Both the position numbers and the translations under genes were made by a program. From contig OZ024740.1 in assembly GCA_964016885.1 (NCBI GenBank), positions 31,992,001 through 32,056,000 of the forward strand: DNA of 64,000 nucleotides. The letters run 5' to 3'. Every line of letters begins with the position of its first letter. The stretch's first letter is position 1. The notes below the pieces were generated by a model. That model was not told the DNA's origin and did not search any database. It worked only from the letters and a program-made list of their open reading frames with translations. Positions 57,901-64,000 of the stretch are shown piece by piece. The stretch is from Eledone cirrhosa (Eukaryota).

Positions 57901-60900
57901 AGTATAGAACATGGTTCTAAGTAATGAGAGGGTGATAGTATAGAACATGGTTCTGTGTAATGAGAGGGTGATAGTATGGAACTAGGTTCTAAGTAATGAG
58001 AGGATGATAGTATAGAACATGGTTCTAAGTAATGAGAGGATGATAGTATAGAACATGGTTCTGAGTAATGAGAGGATGATAGTATAGAACATGGTTCTAA
58101 GTAATGAGAGGGTGATAGTATAGAACATGGTTCTGAGTAATGAGAAGGTGATAGTATAGAACATGGTTCTGTGTAATGAGAGGGTGATAGTATAGAACAT
58201 GGTTCTAAGTAATGAGAGGATGATAGTATAGAACATGGTTCTAAGTAATGAGAGGATGATAGTATAGAACATGGTTCTGAGTAATGAGCGGATGATAGTA
58301 TAGAACATGGTTCTAAGTAATGAGAGGATGATAGTATAGAACATGGTTCTGAGTAATGAGAGGGTGATAGTATAGAACATGGTTCTGTGTAATGAGAGGG
58401 TGATAGTATAGAACATGGTTCTAAGTAATGAGAGGATGATAGTATAGAACATGGTGCTGAGTAATGAGAGGATGATAGTATAGAACATGGTGCTGAGTAA
58501 TGAGAGGGTGATAGTATAGAACATGGTTCTGAGTAATGAGAGGATGATAGTATAGAACATGGTTCTAAGTAATGAGAGGGTGATAGTATAGAACATGGTT
58601 CTAAGTAATAAGAGGGTGATAGTATAGAACATGGTTCTGAGTAATTAGAGGATGATAGTATAGAACATGGTTCTGTGTAATGAGACGGTGATAGTATAGA
58701 ACATGGTTCTAAGTAATGAGAGGGTGATAGTATAGAACATGGTTCTAAGTAATGAGAGGGTGATAGTATAGAACATGGTTCTGTGTAATGAGAGGGTGAT
58801 AGTATAGAACATGGTTCTAAGTAATGAGAGGATGATAGTATAGAACATGGTTCTAAGTAATGAGAGGATGATAGTATAGGACATGGTTCTGAGTAATGGG
58901 AGGATGATAGTTTAGAACATGGTTCTAAGTAATGAGAGGGTGATAGTATAGAACATGGTTCTGAGTAATGAGAGAGTGATAGTATAGAACATGGTTCTGA
59001 GTAATGAGAGGGTGATAGTATAGAACATGTTTCTAAGTAATGAGAGGATGATAGTATAGAACATGGTTCTAAGTAATGAGAGGATGATAGTATAGAACAT
59101 GGTTCTAAGTAATGAGAGGATGATAGTATAGAACATGGTTCTAAGTAATGAGAGGGTGATAGTATAGAACATGGTTCTGCGTAATGAGAGGGTGATAGTA
59201 TAGAACATGGTTCTGTGTAATGAGAGGGGGTATAGTATAGAACATGGTTCTGTGTAATGAGAGGGTGATAGTATAGAACATGGTTCTAAGTAATGAGAGG
59301 ATGATAGTATAGAACATGGTTCTAAGTAATGAGAGGGTGATAGTATAGAACATGGTTCTGAGTAATGAGAGGGTGATAGTATAGAACATGGTTCTAAGTA
59401 ATGAGAGGATGATAGTATAGAACATGTTTCTAAGTAATGAGAGGATGATAGTATAGAACATGTTTCTAAGTAATGAGAGGGTGATAGTACAGAACATGGT
59501 TCTAAGTAATGAGAGGATGATAGTATAGAACATGGTTCTAAGTAATGAGAGGGTGATAGTATAGAACATGGTTCTGTGTAATGAGAGGGTGATAGTATGG
59601 AACTAGGTTCTAAGTAATGAGAGGATGATAGTATAGAACATGGTTCTAAGTAATGAGAGGATGATAGTATAGAACATGGTTCTGAGTAATGAGAGGATGA
59701 TAGTATAGAACATGGTTCTAAGTAATGAGAGGATGATAGTATAGAACATGGTTCTAAGTAATGAGAGGATGATAGTATAGAACATGGTTCTAAGTAATGA
59801 GAGGGTGATAGTATAGAACATGGTTCTGAGTAATGAGAGGGTGATAGTATAGAACATGGTTCTGTGTAATGAGAGGGTGATAGTATAGAACATGGTTCTA
59901 AGTAATGAGAGGATGATAGTATAGAACATGGTGCTGAGTAATGAGAGGGTGATAGTATAGAACATGGTTCTGAGTAATGAGAGGATGATAGTATAGAACA
60001 TGGTTCTAAGTAATGAGAGGATGATAGTATAGAACATGGTTCTGTGTAATGAGAGGGTGATAGTATAGAACATGGTTCTAAGTAATGAGAGGATGATAGT
60101 ATAGAACATGGTTCTAAGTAATGAGAGGGTGATAGTATAGAACATGGTTCTGTGTAATGAGAGGGTGATAGTATAGAACATGGTTCTGTGTAATGAGAGG
60201 GGGTATAGTATAGAACATGGTTCTGTGTAATGAGAGGGTGATAGTATAGAACATGGTTCTAAGTAATGAGAGGATGATAGTATAGAACATGGTTCTAAGT
60301 AATGAGAGGGTGATAGTATAGAACATGTTTCTAAGTAATGAGAGGATGATAGTATAGAACATGTTTCTAAGTAATGAGAGGGTGATAGTACAGAACATGG
60401 TTCGAAGTAATGAGTGGATGATAGTATAGAACATGGTTCTGAGTAATGAGAGGGTGATAGTATAGAACATGGTTCTGTGTAATGAGAGGGTGATAGTATA
60501 GAACATGGTTCTAAGTAATGAGAGGGTGATAGTATAGAACATGGTTCTAAGTAATGAGAGGATGATAGTATAGAACATGGTTCTGTGTAATGAGAGGGTG
60601 ATAGTATAGAACATGGTTCTAAGTAATGAGAGGATGATAGTATAGAACATGGTTCTAAGTAATGAGAGGGTGATAGTATAGAACATGGTTCTAAGTAGTG
60701 AGAGGGTGATATTATAGAACATGGTTCTGTGTAATGAGAGGGGGTATAGTATAGAACATGGTTCTGTGTAATGAGAGGGTGATAGTATAGAACATGGTTC
60801 TAAGTAATGAGAGGGTGATAGTATAGAACATGGTTCTAAGTAATGAGAGGGTGATAGTATAGAACATGGTTCTGTGTAATGAGAGGGTGATAGTATAGAA

Positions 60901-61847
60901 CATGGTTCTAAGTAATGAGAGGATGATAGTATAGAACATGGTTCTAAGTAATGAGAGGATGATAGTATAGGACATGGTTCTGAGTAATGAGAGGATGATA
61001 GTATAGAACATGGTTCTAAGTAATGAGAGGGTGATAGTATAGAACATGGTTCTGAGTAATGAGAGGGTGATAGTATAGAACATGGTTCTGTGTAATGAGA
61101 GGGTGATAGTATAGAACATGGTTCTAAGTAATGAGAGGATGATAGTATAGAACATGGTTCTGAGTAATGAGAGGGTGATAGTATAGAACATGGTTCTGAG
61201 TAATGAGAGAGTGATAGTATAGAACATGGTTCTGAGTAATGAGAGGGTGATAGTATAGAACATGGTTCTGAGTAATGAGAGGGTGATAGTATAGAACATG
61301 CTTCTGAGTAATGAGAGGGTGATAGTATAGAACATGGTTCTGTGTAATGAGGGGGTGATAGTATAGAACATGGTTCTAAGTAATGAGAGGATGATAGTAT
61401 AGAACATGGTTCTGAGTAATGAGAGGGTGATAGTATAGAACATGGTTCTGTGTAATGAGAGGATGATAGTATAGAACATGGTTCTAAGTAATGAGAGGAT
61501 GATAGTATAGAACATGGTTCTGAGTAATGAGAGGATGATAGTATAGAACATGGTTCTAAGTAATGAGAGGGTGATAGTATAGAACATGGTTCTGAGTAAT
61601 GAGAGAGTGATAGTATAGAACATGGTTCTGAGTAATGAGAGGGTGATAGTATAGAACATGTTTCTAAGTAATGAGAGGATGATAGTATAGAACATGGTTC
61701 TAAGTAATGAGAGGCTGATAGTATAGAACATGGTTCTAAGTAATGAGAGGATGATAGTATAGAACATGGTTCTAAGTAATGAGAGGGTGATAGTATAGAA
61801 CATGGTTCTGCGTAATGAGAGGGTGATAGTATAGAACATGGTTCTGT
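51906..61847 (+). repeat. 9,942-bp higher-order repeat, copy 2
   Basis: Same spacing series as copy 1. CCATGG at 42637/46995 matches 52579/56937, and TTCGAA at 50459 matches 60401. I see only about six substitutions between the copies. Confidence 0.92.
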
Positions 61848-64000
61848 GTAATGAGAGGGGGTATAGTATAGAACATGGTTCTGTGTAATGAGAGGGTGAT
61901 AGTATAGAACATGGTTCTAAGTAATGAGAGGATGATAGTATAGAACATGGTTCTAAGTAATGAGAGGGTGATAGTATAGAACATGGTTCTGAGTAATGAG
62001 AGGGTGATAGTATAGAACATGGTTCTGTGTAATGAGAGGGTGATAGTATAGAACATGGTTCTAAGTAATGAGAGGGTGATAGTATAGAACATGGTTCTAA
62101 GTAATGAGAGGGTGATAGTATAGAACATGGTTCTGTGTAATGAGAGGGGGTATAGTATAGAACATGGTTCTGTGTAATGAGAGGGTGATAGTATAGAACA
62201 TGGTTCTAAGTAATGAGAGGATGATAGTATAGAACATGGTTCTAAGTAATGAGAGGGTGATAGTATAGAACATGGTTCTGAGTAATGAGAGGGTGATAGT
62301 ATAGAACATGGTTCTAAGTAATGAGAGGATGATAGTATAGAACATGTTTCTAAGTAATGAGAGGATGATAGTATAGAACATGTTTCTAAGTAATGAGAGG
62401 GTGATAGTACAGAACATGGTTCTAAGTAATGAGAGGATGATAGTATAGAACATGGTTCTAAGTAATGAGAGGGTGATAGTATAGAACATGGTTCTGTGTA
62501 ATGAGAGGGTGATAGTATGGAACTAGGTTCTAAGTAATGAGAGGATGATAGTATAGAACATGGTTCTAAGTAATGAGAGGATGATAGTATAGAACATGGT
62601 TCTGAGTAATGAGAGGATGATAGTATAGAACATGGTTCTAAGTAATGAGAGGATGATAGTATAGAACATGGTTCTAAGTAATGAGAGGATGATAGTATAG
62701 AACATGGTTCTAAGTAATGAGAGGGTGATAGTATAGAACATGGTTCTGAGTAATGAGAGGGTGATAGTATAGAACATGGTTCTGTGTAATGAGAGGGTGA
62801 TAGTATAGAACATGGTTCTAAGTAATGAGAGGATGATAGTATAGAACATGGTGCTGAGTAATGAGAGGGTGATAGTATAGAACATGGTTCTGAGTAATGA
62901 GAGGATGATAGTATAGAACATGGTTCTAAGTAATGAGAGGATGATAGTATAGAACATGGTTCTGTGTAATGAGAGGGTGATAGTATAGAACATGGTTCTA
63001 AGTAATGAGAGGATGATAGTATAGAACATGGTTCTAAGTAATGAGAGGGTGATAGTATAGAACATGGTTCTGTGTAATGAGAGGGTGATAGTATAGAACA
63101 TGGTTCTGTGTAATGAGAGGGGGTATAGTATAGAACATGGTTCTGTGTAATGAGAGGGTGATAGTATAGAACATGGTTCTAAGTAATGAGAGGATGATAG
63201 TATAGAACATGGTTCTAAGTAATGAGAGGGTGATAGTATAGAACATGTTTCTAAGTAATGAGAGGATGATAGTATAGAACATGTTTCTAAGTAATGAGAG
63301 GGTGATAGTACAGAACATGGTTCGAAGTAATGAGTGGATGATAGTATAGAACATGGTTCTGAGTAATGAGAGGGTGATAGTATAGAACATGGTTCTGTGT
63401 AATGAGAGGGTGATAGTATAGAACATGGTTCTAAGTAATGAGAGGGTGATAGTATAGAACATGGTTCTAAGTAATGAGAGGATGATAGTATAGAACATGG
63501 TTCTGTGTAATGAGAGGGTGATAGTATAGAACATGGTTCTAAGTAATGAGAGGATGATAGTATAGAACATGGTTCTAAGTAATGAGAGGGTGATAGTATA
63601 GAACATGGTTCTAAGTAGTGAGAGGGTGATATTATAGAACATGGTTCTGTGTAATGAGAGGGGGTATAGTATAGAACATGGTTCTGTGTAATGAGAGGGT
63701 GATAGTATAGAACATGGTTCTAAGTAATGAGAGGGTGATAGTATAGAACATGGTTCTAAGTAATGAGAGGGTGATAGTATAGAACATGGTTCTGTGTAAT
63801 GAGAGGGTGATAGTATAGAACATGGTTCTAAGTAATGAGAGGATGATAGTATAGAACATGGTTCTAAGTAATGAGAGGATGATAGTATAGGACATGGTTC
63901 TGAGTAATGAGAGGATGATAGTATAGAACATGGTTCTAAGTAATGAGAGGGTGATAGTATAGAACATGGTTCTGAGTAATGAGAGGGTGATAGTATAGAA

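Larger units (their letters stand above)
1..64000 (+). repeat. Tandem satellite array of a 36-bp monomer (about 1,777 copies), running off both window ends
   Basis: Monomer at 1-36 is GTAATGAGAGGGTGATAGTATAGAACATGGTTCTAA, repeated head-to-tail without interruption. Common polymorphisms are at position 12 (G/A) and positions 35-36 (AA/GA/GT). The last monomer starts at 63976, and 63975 = 1776x36 + 39, matching 39 one-base-longer monomers. Confidence 0.99.

Noticed and set aside
285-63967. About 70 minus-strand ORFs of (MFYTITLSLLRT)n, up to 1,995 aa
   Set aside because: They arise because the monomer length is a multiple of 3 with a stop-free frame containing ATG. Their ends coincide with recurrent satellite variants, and there are no unique domains, so they are not called as CDS.
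1-64000. CRISPR array (36-bp partially palindromic repeat)
   Set aside because: Repeats are directly adjacent with no unique spacers, and there is no leader or cas gene.
1-64000. Telomerase-synthesised telomeric repeat or rolling-circle/sequencing artefact
   Set aside because: Heritable variants arranged in nested multi-kb duplications indicate recombinational evolution rather than copying from a single short template, and the near absence of indels argues against noisy reads.

Overview
The whole 64 kb is one uninterrupted head-to-tail tandem array (satellite/minisatellite DNA) of a 36-bp monomer, GTAATGAGAGG(G/A)TGATAGTATAGAACATGGTTCT(AA/GA/GT), with about 1,777 copies all in one orientation. 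I see no unique sequence, real gene, RNA gene, mobile element or CRISPR array, and the ORF track only reflects stop-free frames of the monomer on the minus strand. The informative structure is the order of monomer variants. There is one recurrent 37-bp length variant (39 copies, accounting for the entire phase drift of the window), recurrent multi-monomer variant modules, and nested higher-order repeats at 540, 720, 1,656, 2,736, 4,358 and 9,942 bp. There are also dispersed block duplications at offsets of 6,196, 14,479 and 27,770 bp, and a gradient from a more diverged left end to a recently expanded right end. The array is most plausibly eukaryotic heterochromatic (centromeric, pericentromeric or subtelomeric) DNA, but I do not recognise the family or organism. 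Counts were made by eye and block boundaries are approximate.
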